Assembly (NCBI GenBank): GCA_016192525.1
Contig: JACPTZ010000214.1
Span: 5,659 to 69,658, forward strand
Direction: 5' to 3'
Length of the DNA: 64,000 nucleotides
Source of the DNA: Planctomycetota bacterium
GTDB lineage: Bacteria > Planctomycetota > MHYJ01 > JACPTZ01
Shown: positions 37,641 to 46,866 of the stretch, piece after piece
How the letters are laid out: each line of letters starts with the position of its first letter
Position numbering within the stretch: the first letter of the stretch is position 1
The notes under the pieces: generated by a model
What the model was told of the DNA's origin: nothing
What the model saw: only the letters and a program-made list of their open reading frames with translations
Database searches by the model: none
Translations under genes and position numbers: made by a program

Positions 37641-39041
37641 ATGCCCTCCCGCGTCCTGGTGGTGGAAGACACGGACCTGATGCGCGAGTCGCTTCAGGAA
37701 ACGCTCACCCGCGCCGGGTACTCCGTGCGCGCCTTCCCGGCCGGGAAGGAGGCGATCGAGGAGTTCCAGTCCACGCCCTACGACCTGGTGCTGTGCGATC
37801 TGAAACTTCCGGTGACCAGCGGACTCGATCTCCTCCCCGAATTCCAGCGGCTCGCGCCCGACGTCCCGGTGGTCATGATCACCGCCTTCGGAACGGTGGA
37901 GACCGCCGTGGAGGCGATGCGCCGCGGGGCCTTCGACTACGTGCTGAAACCGTTCGAGGCGGACACGCTGGAACTCCTGGTGAAGCGCGCCCTGCGCCAC
38001 CGGACGCTCGTCCAGGAGAACGAGACGCTTCGGGCGAGCCTTGCGGCGGACGGCACGGCGGAGTTCGTCCCGGGCGAGAGCCGGGGGATGCGCGCCGTCT
38101 GGGCCGCCGTCGATAAGGCCGCGACGAGCGAGGCGACCGTGCTCCTCACGGGCGAGAGCGGGACCGGAAAGGAGGTCGTCGCCCGCGCCCTTCACCGCCG
38201 CAGCACCCGGGCCGCGCACCCGTTCCTCTGCGTGAACTGCGCCGCCCTCTCCGCCGGGCTCCTCGAGAGCGAACTCTTCGGCCACGAAAAGGGGGCCTTC
38301 ACCGGCGCCGATCGCATGCGCCGCGGACGCTTCGAACTGGCCGACCGCGGAACCCTCCTCCTCGACGAGGTGAGCGAGATCGATCCCGGGCTCCAGGCCA
38401 AACTCCTGCGCGTGCTCCAGGAGCGGACCTTCGAGCGGGTCGGATCGTCCTACTCGCGCACGGTGGACGTGCGGGTCATCGCCACGACGAACCGCGACCT
38501 CGGGAAGGCGGTGAGCGCCGGAAAATTCCGGGAGGACCTCTTCTACCGGCTGAACGTGCTTCCGATCGCGCTGCCGCCGTTGCGTTCGCGGCTGGAGGAC
38601 CTCCCCGCCCTCGCCGCCCACTTCCTGGGTCGATGGAGCGCGCGGGCCGGCCGGGCCGCTCCGCCGAGACTGGCCCCGGAGACGCTCGAGCTCTTTTCCC
38701 GCTACGCCTGGCCGGGCAACGTGCGCGAACTCGGGAATATTCTGGAACGCGCGGTCGTGCTGGTGGGCGGGGACACAATCCGCCCGGCCGACGTCGCCGG
38801 ATGGTTGAACGCGCCGGGGGGACCGGCCCCGTCCGGCGGTGGGGCGCCCACGGCACCGCTCGTGGGGATCTCCCTCGAAGAGCTGGAGCGTCGATCGATC
38901 GCGGCCACGCTCGAACACTTTCACGGAAACCGGCAGAAGACGGCCGAATCGCTCGGCATTGCGGGGCGGACCCTCCGTGACAAGATCCGACGGTGGCGCC
39001 TCGCGGCCGAGGAGATGAATGCGGAGGCGAAGGGCGAGTGA
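37641..39041 (+). CDS. Sigma54-dependent response regulator (FlgR/FleR-like)
   Basis: REC domain, GESGTGKE, GAFTGA, WPGNVREL and Fis-type HTH. Confidence 0.94.
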   Translation: MPSRVLVVEDTDLMRESLQETLTRAGYSVRAFPAGKEAIEEFQSTPYDLVLCDLKLPVTSGLDLLPEFQRLAPDVPVVMITAFGTVETAVEAMRRGAFDYVLKPFEADTLELLVKRALRHRTLVQENETLRASLAADGTAEFVPGESRGMRAVWAAVDKAATSEATVLLTGESGTGKEVVARALHRRSTRAAHPFLCVNCAALSAGLLESELFGHEKGAFTGADRMRRGRFELADRGTLLLDEVSEIDPGLQAKLLRVLQERTFERVGSSYSRTVDVRVIATTNRDLGKAVSAGKFREDLFYRLNVLPIALPPLRSRLEDLPALAAHFLGRWSARAGRAAPPRLAPETLELFSRYAWPGNVRELGNILERAVVLVGGDTIRPADVAGWLNAPGGPAPSGGGAPTAPLVGISLEELERRSIAATLEHFHGNRQKTAESLGIAGRTLRDKIRRWRLAAEEMNAEAKGE

Positions 39042-39111
39042 TCCGACCCCGGCCGAAGGTCGGGCGGGGAGCGACAGCAGAACCGAGTCCGGAGGACGGT
39101 CGTCCGTCGCC

Positions 39112-39173
39112 CGCGGCAGAAAGTGCCGCGACCGGCGGAAGGTTTTACCGCCCCGCGCGGGGGAGACTGCCGC
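39112..39173. promoter_or_regulatory. Three palindromic putative enhancer (UAS) sites
   Basis: CGCGGCA-N5-TGCCGCG, GGCGG-N9-CCGCC and GCGG-N9-CCGC, centres about 22 bp apart. Confidence 0.5.
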
Positions 39174-39281
39174 GGGGCGGGATCGGACCCTGGTAGGCGA
39201 AGGGGCCTGGGCACGCAACCGTCGGATACGCCGCCGGTTGCGTGCCCCCAGGGTGTCGGGACACGCGGCGGCCGAATCGCC

Positions 39282-39297
39282 GGGCATGGGCGTTGCG
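39282..39297 (+). promoter_or_regulatory. Sigma54 (-24/-12) promoter for the flgB operon
   Basis: GGGCATG-N4-TTGCG; GG 39283-84 and GC 39295-96 are correctly spaced. Confidence 0.65.
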
Positions 39298-39340
39298 CTA
39301 TACAGGTCGGCCCTCTTTCCCGGCCGACCCGGAGAAGACG

Positions 39341-39778
39341 ATGCTGCCTCCCACACTGTTCAACAAGGGGTCGATCCCGATCCTCGATCGCGGGATCTCC
39401 TTCGCCGCCCGCCGTCATCAGGTGCTGGTCCACAATATTGCGAACTCGGACACCCCCTTCTACAAGGTCCGGGACCTGCCGGTCGACGAGTTTCACAAGT
39501 TGCTCCGGCGCTCCATCGAGGAGCGGGACCGGCGCCCGGTCCCGGTCTTCCGCTTCGAGGGATCGAGCCGCATCCTCCCGACCTCGCTCGGAGGGGTGGC
39601 GGCACGGCCGCTTGAACCCGGGCGCCAGGGAATCCTGAAGCACGACGAAAACACCTTCCGCGTGGAAACGGAGATGGCGAAGCTCGCCCAGAACACCGGA
39701 ATGTACAACACGCTCACCCAGATCCTGGGACATCAGTACGACCTGATCCAGTCGGCCATCCGGGAGAGGGTGGCGTAG
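39341..39778 (+). CDS. flgB: Flagellar basal-body rod protein FlgB
   Basis: RHQVLVHNIANSDTPFYK, ETEMAKLAQN. Confidence 0.92.
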   Translation: MLPPTLFNKGSIPILDRGISFAARRHQVLVHNIANSDTPFYKVRDLPVDEFHKLLRRSIEERDRRPVPVFRFEGSSRILPTSLGGVAARPLEPGRQGILKHDENTFRVETEMAKLAQNTGMYNTLTQILGHQYDLIQSAIRERVA

Positions 39779-39826
39779 GGTGACGGAGTAACGGAGTAAG
39801 AGAGCAAGAGAAAGGAAGACCCAGCC

Positions 39827-40276
39827 ATGTCCAGTCTGTCCTCCTTCGACATCAGCACGAGTGGGCTCATCGCGCAGCGGGAGCGGATGAACCTCATCGC
39901 GAACAACCTCGCGAATGTGAACACCACCCGCGACGCGCAGAACCGTCCCATCCCGTTCCGGCGCAAGATCCCGATCTTCGCGCCGGAGCCGACCCAGGGG
40001 ACGAACGCGCGCGGCGGGGTCCGCATCCTCAAGATCGTCGACGACGACTCCGCCTTCCGGCTGGTTCACGACCCCGATCATCCGGACGCCATCCGCGAAA
40101 ACGTCGACATCGACGGCGACGGATGGATCGACACCGGCTACGTGCGCTTTCCGAACGTGAACCCGATCGTCGAAATGGTGGACATGATCACCGCCACGCG
40201 CGCTTACGAGGCGAACGTCACGGCGATGGACGCGACGAAGAGCATGCACGCGACGTCGTTGCGCATTCTGGCGTAG
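39827..40276 (+). CDS. flgC: Flagellar basal-body rod protein FlgC
   Basis: SGL.AQR.RMN.IANNLAN, DPDHPDA and PNVNPIVEMVDMI..RAYEAN. Confidence 0.96.
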   Translation: MSSLSSFDISTSGLIAQRERMNLIANNLANVNTTRDAQNRPIPFRRKIPIFAPEPTQGTNARGGVRILKIVDDDSAFRLVHDPDHPDAIRENVDIDGDGWIDTGYVRFPNVNPIVEMVDMITATRAYEANVTAMDATKSMHATSLRILA

Positions 40277-40313
40277 GATTCTCCTTCCCCTTCCCGAACA
40301 GGAATCGCGAGCC

Positions 40314-40619
40314 ATGGTAGAACCCCTGAAACCGGTCGGACCTCAGGGAGTCGGCCCAGGAGGGCCGCCGGCTCAAGCACCCAGCGCCAAGGCGGGCGAC
40401 AAGTCGTTCAAGGACATCCTGGCCGATTCGATCAACGAGGTGAACCGGATGCAGATCGACGCCGACAAGGCGGTCGAGGGCCTCGTCACCGGTCAGACCA
40501 ACAACGTCGATGAGGTGGTGAGCGCCGTGAAGAAGGCGGAACTGGCCTTCGACACCCTCATGCAGATCCGGAACAAGCTGGTCGACGCGTTCGACGAAGT
40601 CATGCGGATGAGGATCTAG
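40314..40619 (+). CDS. fliE: Flagellar hook-basal body protein FliE
   Basis: SFKDIL, KAELAF...QIRNKLV.AF.EVMRMRI. Confidence 0.95.
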   Translation: MVEPLKPVGPQGVGPGGPPAQAPSAKAGDKSFKDILADSINEVNRMQIDADKAVEGLVTGQTNNVDEVVSAVKKAELAFDTLMQIRNKLVDAFDEVMRMRI

Positions 40620-40675
40620 GGCGCCGGGCCTGCGGCGATCGCCGAGGCGGCGTCGGCGTTCCAGTCTGTGCGGGC

Positions 40676-42259
40676 ATGGATGCCGCCCCGACCGCCGCGC
40701 GGTTGAGGGCTCGAGGAGAGGAGCCTCACGATGGACTTCTTCAGGCAGACGTCGCTCTCAGCCTCGTGGTCGTCGTCTCGTTCGTCCTCCTGGCCATGTC
40801 CAGCGGGACGGTGACGATGCAGCCGCTCTTCTTCGAGGACACGCCGGCGGAGGTCACCCAGGAGGTGATCCGGAAGCTGGATGCCAAGGCGGTGCCGTAC
40901 GAACTGCGCTCGGATCGGCTGTACGTGAAGCGGGAAGACGCCGACCGGCTGAGGGTAGAGCTGATCGGCGAGGGGATCACCCCCGAGGGGAAGGATCCCT
41001 ACACCTGGGTCTTCGAGCCGGACTTCACCGCCACCCCCGCCAAGCAGAGTCTCGAATGGCAGGTGACGGTCCAGCGAAGGCTCGAACGGATGATCTCGAC
41101 GATCGAGGCCATCCGTTCCGCCCAGGTGGCGATCACCTGGGTGAAGGACAAGGACTTCGTCTTCCAGGAGAACCGCGAGCGCCCCAAGGCCTCGGTGCGG
41201 GTGAATCTCAAGCAGGGCAAGTCGCTGAAGGCGGAGAATGTTCTGTCCATCGCCCGTCTCGTCTCGGGGGCGGTCAAGAATCTGGAGCCGAAGGATGTGT
41301 GGATCGTGGATGCGCAGGGCAACCCGCACGAAGTGCCGGACGAGGATTCGCCGGACGCCACGGCGACGAAGTACTTCGAGATCGAAAGGCAGAAGGAACT
41401 CGCGCTCGAGAAGGCCGCGGAAAGAGTCCTGACCCCGCTTCTGGGACCGAGTGTGGTCGCCAAGGCGAAGGTGAAGATCGACACGAAGACGAAGACGGAC
41501 ATTCGGACCGGGATCGACCCCACCCGCACCTCTGAAACGGAGATTGACAAAAAGAAACGCACCAGCGAGAACAGGGACGAAACAGCGGCGCCCGGAGTCC
41601 AGGGGAATCTCCCGCGCACTCCCGAACCGGTCGGGGGGATCGGCTCGAAGGAAACCGAGGAGGAATCGAGAACGAAGCTCGCTGTCGGCGAGCAGAACAT
41701 CACCGAGAGCACCCCGCCGGGTACGGTGGTGGACAGTTCCATCATGGTCGTGGCCGACTATGAGGAGATTCTGCGCGATCCCGCCCTGCCGAAGGACAAG
41801 ATCGGAAAGCTCAGCGACGTCGAGAAGCCGGCCCGGTACCAGGCGCGGGTCGCCGAGCTGACCAACGCCCTGGCCAAGGCGACGATGATCGATCCGCTCA
41901 AGATCGCCTTCGTGGCCTACGCCCCCGCCGAGATCGAGCCGATCCCCATCCTCACCTGGCAGCAGGAAGTGCTGGGCTTCATCCGCGAGCACGGCGACCA
42001 GATGGCGCTCGTCTTCATTGCCTGCGTCGGCATGCTCATGATCTACCGCATGGTGAAGACGGCCGTGCCGAAGGACATCCTCGCGGAGATCGCCCGGCTC
42101 CGGGGCGAAATCGCCTCCGAGGAGGCGATGGGACCGGAGGCCGCCATGGCGCAGGCGGCGGACTTCAAGTCGACCCAACTGCGCGAGAAGGTTCGCGAGA
42201 TCATCAAGAAGAACCCCCGGAGCGCGGCGAACCTGCTGCGGCGGTGGGCCCGGGACTAG
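40676..42259 (+). CDS. fliF: Flagellar MS-ring protein FliF (5' end anomalous; the natural start at 40731 is out of frame)
   Basis: Two TMs, RLERMI..I.AI..AQVAI, PKASVRV and NP.SAANLLRRW; lies between fliE and fliG. Confidence 0.85.
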   Translation: MDAAPTAARLRARGEEPHDGLLQADVALSLVVVVSFVLLAMSSGTVTMQPLFFEDTPAEVTQEVIRKLDAKAVPYELRSDRLYVKREDADRLRVELIGEGITPEGKDPYTWVFEPDFTATPAKQSLEWQVTVQRRLERMISTIEAIRSAQVAITWVKDKDFVFQENRERPKASVRVNLKQGKSLKAENVLSIARLVSGAVKNLEPKDVWIVDAQGNPHEVPDEDSPDATATKYFEIERQKELALEKAAERVLTPLLGPSVVAKAKVKIDTKTKTDIRTGIDPTRTSETEIDKKKRTSENRDETAAPGVQGNLPRTPEPVGGIGSKETEEESRTKLAVGEQNITESTPPGTVVDSSIMVVADYEEILRDPALPKDKIGKLSDVEKPARYQARVAELTNALAKATMIDPLKIAFVAYAPAEIEPIPILTWQQEVLGFIREHGDQMALVFIACVGMLMIYRMVKTAVPKDILAEIARLRGEIASEEAMGPEAAMAQAADFKSTQLREKVREIIKKNPRSAANLLRRWARD

Positions 42260-42301
42260 CGCGGGAGACCGGCGGCGCGCCCCGCCGCCGGTGCCGGAAC
42301 G

Positions 42302-43333
42302 ATGGTGGCCGACCCGAAAGCCAAGGAGAAACTCGGGATCAGCGGGCTGCGAAAGGCGGCCGTTCTGATCGTCTCGCTCGAGCAGGAGATGGCGACCAAG
42401 GTTCTGGCGCAGATGGACAAGGACACCATCGAGCGTCTGTCGTTCGAGATCGCCAAGCTCGAGGACGTGACGACGGTCGAGCGCGACCGTGTCCTGGAGG
42501 AGTTTTACCACCTCAGTCTCGCGCAGCAGTACATCGAGCAGGGCGGTGTGGCGTACGCGCGGGCCCTGCTGGAGAAGGTCCTGCCGCCGGAGGAAGCCCA
42601 GCGCATCATCGAGACGATCGAGCAGTCGCTCCGCGTGGCGCCCTTCGGATTTCTTCACAAGGCCGAGACCGAGAACCTGCTGACCTTTCTTCAGGAGGAG
42701 CACCCGCAGACCATCGCCCTCATCCTCGCCCACCTGGGGCCGGGACAGTCGGCGGAGGTGCTGGCCGGGCTTCCCTCGAAGAAGCAGCTCGAAGTCGTCA
42801 AACGGTTGGCCACCATGGAGCATACCAGCCCGGAGGTGATCGCGCAGGTGGAAGGGGCCCTCGAGAAGCGATTCGCCTCGCTCGTGACGGAGGAACTGCG
42901 CGAGACCGGCGGCGTGGAGGCGGTGGCGGAGATCCTCAACCTGACCGACCGCGCCACGGAGCGCGGCATCCTCGAGGCGCTCGAGGAGGAGGATCCGGAC
43001 CTGGTCGATCAGATCCGCCGCCTCATGTTCGTCTTCGAGGACATCCTCCTCGTGAACGACCGCGGGGTGCAGAACATCCTCAAGGAAGTGGAGAACGATC
43101 AGCTCGCCCTCGCCCTGAAGACCGCCTCGGAGGAGCTCAAGGAGAAGTTCTTCCGCAACATGTCGAAGCGGGCGGCGGAGCTGATCCGCGAGGAGATGGA
43201 GTTCATGGGGCCGGTGCGGCTCGCGGACGTGGAATCGGCGCAAGCAACGATCGTGGACGCGGTGCGGAAGCTGGAGGAGGCCGGCGAGGTCATCATCCAG
43301 GGCCGCGGCGGCGAAGAGGAAATCGTGGTGTAG
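42302..43333 (+). CDS. fliG: Flagellar motor switch protein FliG
   Basis: GLRKAAVL, EHPQTIALIL, MFVFED and GPVRLADVE.AQ. Confidence 0.97.
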   Translation: MVADPKAKEKLGISGLRKAAVLIVSLEQEMATKVLAQMDKDTIERLSFEIAKLEDVTTVERDRVLEEFYHLSLAQQYIEQGGVAYARALLEKVLPPEEAQRIIETIEQSLRVAPFGFLHKAETENLLTFLQEEHPQTIALILAHLGPGQSAEVLAGLPSKKQLEVVKRLATMEHTSPEVIAQVEGALEKRFASLVTEELRETGGVEAVAEILNLTDRATERGILEALEEEDPDLVDQIRRLMFVFEDILLVNDRGVQNILKEVENDQLALALKTASEELKEKFFRNMSKRAAELIREEMEFMGPVRLADVESAQATIVDAVRKLEEAGEVIIQGRGGEEEIVV

Positions 43334-43339
43334 CCTCCC

Positions 43340-44032
43340 ATGGCGCGGATCATCAAAGCGGCGGATTCGACCGAATCGCACGCCTTCGCGATGGACCTCG
43401 CGGATGTGGCGATCGACGCCAAGCGTCTGCTCGACGCCGCGCGCGCCCAGGCCGCGCAGATCCTGAGCGCCGCGCGCGCCCAGACGGAGAAGGAGAAGGC
43501 GCAGGGGTTCGAGAGCGGCCGGGGCGAGGGATACAGGGCGGGATACGCCGCCGGGGCCGCGGAAGGACGCGCCGTCGCCGAGCGGGAGGCCCGCGAGGCC
43601 GCCCAGGCCCAGATCCAGTCGGTGGTGACCACGCTCACCCTGCTGGTGAATGCGATCGAAGGCCGGAAGCACACCCTTGTCGACGGCGCCCGACGCGATC
43701 TCATCGATCTGGCGACACGCATCGCCGGCGTGGTCGTGGGTCGCGAGATCTCAAAGTCGCCGCAAGCCGTCCAATCGCTGGTCACGCGCGCGGTGGAACT
43801 GGCGGCGTCGAAGAGCGATCTCGAACTGCGGGTTCATCCGGACGATGTCGCGGCGGTGGAGGGATTGTGTCCCGACCTCGCCCGGCGCTGGAGAGACTTC
43901 AAGGTGACGCGCGTCATCGGCGACCCGGCGGTCGGACGCGGCGGGTGCATCGTCCGGACGCCGGACGGGGAAATCGACGCCCAGGTGGCGACGGTATTCG
44001 AGGAGATTTGCCGGGCTCTGCTGGCCGAGTAG
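43340..44032 (+). CDS. fliH: Flagellar assembly protein FliH
   Basis: GxxxG repeats, RVHPDD and GGCIVRT..GEIDA. Confidence 0.9.
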   Translation: MARIIKAADSTESHAFAMDLADVAIDAKRLLDAARAQAAQILSAARAQTEKEKAQGFESGRGEGYRAGYAAGAAEGRAVAEREAREAAQAQIQSVVTTLTLLVNAIEGRKHTLVDGARRDLIDLATRIAGVVVGREISKSPQAVQSLVTRAVELAASKSDLELRVHPDDVAAVEGLCPDLARRWRDFKVTRVIGDPAVGRGGCIVRTPDGEIDAQVATVFEEICRALLAE

Positions 44033-44060
44033 GGGAACGTCCCCCGGATACGAGGTCCTG

Positions 44061-45497
44061 ATGACCGCGCCTCTTCCCACTCTTCCCGCCAACGTCTTTG
44101 CCCGCGAGAACGCGGTGCTGGAGGCCGTGGTTCCGTACCGGATCACCGGCCAGGTGTCGCGCGTCGTCGGCTATGTCGTCGAGTGCCTCGGACTTTCGGT
44201 GCCGGTGGGGAGCCAGCTGGAAATCCGTCCCCGGCAGGGAGGGGGGGCGGTGAAAATCGAGGTGATCGGGTTCCGCGAGAACCGGACCCTCTGCATGCCG
44301 CTCGGCGAAATGCACGGGGTGCGTCCCTTCGATCCCGTGGTCAGCACCTCCTCCCTCGCGCTGGTCCCCGTCGGCGAGGAGCTCCTGGGTCGTGTAGTCG
44401 ACGCGGAGGGGCGCCCGCTCGACGGGGGTCCCCCGCTCTTCGCCTGCCGTCGGATCCCGATCTATGCCGCCGCTCCTCCCGCCTTGTCCCGACCCCGGAT
44501 CACTGAACCGCTCGGAACGGGGATCCGCGCCGTGGACGGACTGCTCACCTGCGGGAAGGGGCAGCGGATGGGCCTCTTCTCGGGGAGCGGCGTCGGTAAG
44601 AGCGTTCTCCTCGGCATGATGGCGCGCGGAACGGCCGCCGACGTGAGCGTCATCGCCCTCGTGGGAGAGCGCGGACGCGAGGTGCGGGAGTTCCTCGAAC
44701 GCGACCTCGGTCCCGAGGGGCGGAAGAAGTCGGTCGTCGTGGTGGCGACCTCGGACGAATCGGCGCTGCGAAGGGTCCGTGCGCCTTTTGTGGCCACGGC
44801 CATCGCGGAGTACTTCCGTTACTCGGGGAAGGATGTCCTCCTGCTCATGGATTCGATCACCCGGATGGCCTTCGCGCAGCGCGAAATCGGACTCTCCGCG
44901 GGTGAGCCCCCGGCGACGAAGGGGTACCCCCCCTCGGTATTCGCGCTCCTCCCCCGACTTCTCGAACGGGCCGGGCGGAATCCGAACGGAAGCATCACCG
45001 GCCTCTACACCGTGCTCGTGGAGGCGGATGACATCAACGATCCCATCGCCGACACCGCCCGGAGCATTCTCGACGGGCATCTCTGGCTCTCGCGCGACCT
45101 GGCGGCGCGCGGCCAGTATCCGGCCATCGACCCGCTCGGAAGCGTGAGCCGCCTCATGATCGACGTCGCCGCTCCGGAGCATCGGCGCGCGGCGGAGCAG
45201 GTGAAGGCCGCGCTGGCCGTCTACAAGTCGGCGGAGGATCTGATCAACATCGGCGCGTACGTGGCCGGCAGCAACCCGCAGATCGATGCCGCCGTCCGGC
45301 TCATCGGCCCGATCCGGGAGTATCTGCGGCAGGAGGTGCGCGACATCGTGGACTACGCCGCCGCCGTCGCGTCGCTCCGCAAGATCTCCTCGGGGGCGGG
45401 GCGCGATGCGGTTCCGGCGCCCGCCGCGCCGGCGGCCGAACGGAGACCGGAGGGACGACCGGCCCTCGGTCCACCGCGCCGGACGGTCCAGACCTAG
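44061..45497 (+). CDS. fliI: Flagellar export ATPase FliI
   Basis: GSGVGKS, GERGREV, MDSITR and GEPPATKGYPPS. Confidence 0.96.
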   Translation: MTAPLPTLPANVFARENAVLEAVVPYRITGQVSRVVGYVVECLGLSVPVGSQLEIRPRQGGGAVKIEVIGFRENRTLCMPLGEMHGVRPFDPVVSTSSLALVPVGEELLGRVVDAEGRPLDGGPPLFACRRIPIYAAAPPALSRPRITEPLGTGIRAVDGLLTCGKGQRMGLFSGSGVGKSVLLGMMARGTAADVSVIALVGERGREVREFLERDLGPEGRKKSVVVVATSDESALRRVRAPFVATAIAEYFRYSGKDVLLLMDSITRMAFAQREIGLSAGEPPATKGYPPSVFALLPRLLERAGRNPNGSITGLYTVLVEADDINDPIADTARSILDGHLWLSRDLAARGQYPAIDPLGSVSRLMIDVAAPEHRRAAEQVKAALAVYKSAEDLINIGAYVAGSNPQIDAAVRLIGPIREYLRQEVRDIVDYAAAVASLRKISSGAGRDAVPAPAAPAAERRPEGRPALGPPRRTVQT

Positions 45498-45509
45498 GGA
45501 GAGAAGTTC

Positions 45510-45989
45510 ATGAAGGCCTTTGCGTTTCCGCTGGATCCCGTGCTGCGATACCGCCGTCAGGTGGAGGACGACCGGAAGCGTACCTTTGGGCTGGCGCACC
45601 GTGCGGTCCGTGAGCAGGAGATGGCGATTGTCCGGATCCTGAGCGAACTGGAGACGGCGAAGACGGAGATGCGGAATCTCGAAGGCGGGGCCTTCTCGAT
45701 GCGGGAGATTGCGATCCAGCAGCGTCACCTTCGCGGGCTGGAGCTGCGGCTGGGCCGTGTCCGGGGATCTCTTCCCCCGCTCCTGGCCCGCGCGGCCGAC
45801 GCGCGGGCAGCGCTCCTTCAGGCCACGAAGGATCGCGAGGTGATCGAGCGTCTGCGGGTCCGTCGGCTTCGCGAGTGGAACTACGCGGCTTCGGTCGAGG
45901 AGCAGAAGTCGCTCGATGAGATCGCGCTGGGCGTGATCCGCCGGACGATGAGCGAGGCGGAAGTCCTGCCTCCGGGAGTGACGTCGTGA
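45510..45989 (+). CDS. fliJ: Flagellar export protein FliJ
   Basis: F.FPLDPVLRYR, EQKSLDE; follows fliI. Confidence 0.88.
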   Translation: MKAFAFPLDPVLRYRRQVEDDRKRTFGLAHRAVREQEMAIVRILSELETAKTEMRNLEGGAFSMREIAIQQRHLRGLELRLGRVRGSLPPLLARAADARAALLQATKDREVIERLRVRRLREWNYAASVEEQKSLDEIALGVIRRTMSEAEVLPPGVTS

Positions 45990-46702
45990 AGGAACGATGG
46001 AGAGACGTGCTGGGGCAGTTCTTCTTCTTCATCACGCTCCTCGGCGCGGTGAATTTCTATCTCTTCGTGGTGCTGGGCGCCTTCTGTGTGGCGACAGGAA
46101 GGGTGAATCGTCAGAAGGCCGTGCTGGTTCTGAAAGTGCTGCGCGGACAGATCACGGGGGAGCCCCCCCCCGCCCAGATCGCGGTCACGCCGGAAGAGCG
46201 CGACGCCATCCGGGAGCGGATCCGGCAGGAGATCGAACGGGAGCTGACGACGCGTCGCCGCGAGGCGGAGTCCATCCTTTCCCGCGCGGGGCAGATCCGC
46301 GCCGATCTCGAGGCGGAGCGGAAGATGACGCTGGAGGCCACGAAAGCGCTCGCCGAACGACGGGCCGCCTTCGACACCGCGCTGCAGACCGAGGCCCAGC
46401 GAAAGTCGAGCGCGGAATTCGCCCAGAATGTGAAGTGGTTCTCGACCATCGAACCGGCCGAAGGGGCCCGGATCCTGGCCGAGATGCCGCTCGGCGACGT
46501 CCTCCGGTATCTTCGCGCCCTCAAGGACCGCACGGCGACCGAACTGATCGTGGCGCTGGCGGCGGAGTACGAGCGGCGGGACGCCCTGGACGGAACCGAC
46601 CTGGCGCTGGAGTTCCGGAGGGAAGTGGCGAAGCTTCCGGCGGCGGCGGACGCGGGGATCGTCGATACGACCGCCCCCGCGGGCGGAACGCCGCCGCGTT
46701 AA
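45986..46702 (+). CDS. MotE/FlbB(YlxF)-like flagellar protein
   Basis: N-terminal TM, coiled coil, then F..IEP.EGARIL.EM...L..LK.R; sits between fliJ and fliK. Confidence 0.6.
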   Translation: MKERWRDVLGQFFFFITLLGAVNFYLFVVLGAFCVATGRVNRQKAVLVLKVLRGQITGEPPPAQIAVTPEERDAIRERIRQEIERELTTRRREAESILSRAGQIRADLEAERKMTLEATKALAERRAAFDTALQTEAQRKSSAEFAQNVKWFSTIEPAEGARILAEMPLGDVLRYLRALKDRTATELIVALAAEYERRDALDGTDLALEFRREVAKLPAAADAGIVDTTAPAGGTPPR

Positions 46703-46866
46703 AGAACACTCGTGAGAGGGTGGCTGTCGGTCCGTAGGCGCGTCACCGGATGATGCGCCGCTCCACCCATGGAGGGAAGAAGCCGATCGGCGCCGACCCC
46801 GACGAGGGGGGCGCCGGGCCGGCGGTTTTGAGAGGACCCTTATGGCAGCGAAAGGAGGTGAATACC

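Noticed and set aside
38917-38931. parS-like ACTTTCACGGAAACC
   Set aside because: The central base is missing and the left arm is mismatched; not a 16-bp parS.
40616-43672. 1018-aa minus-strand ORF
   Set aside because: Antisense shadow of fliF, fliG and fliH.
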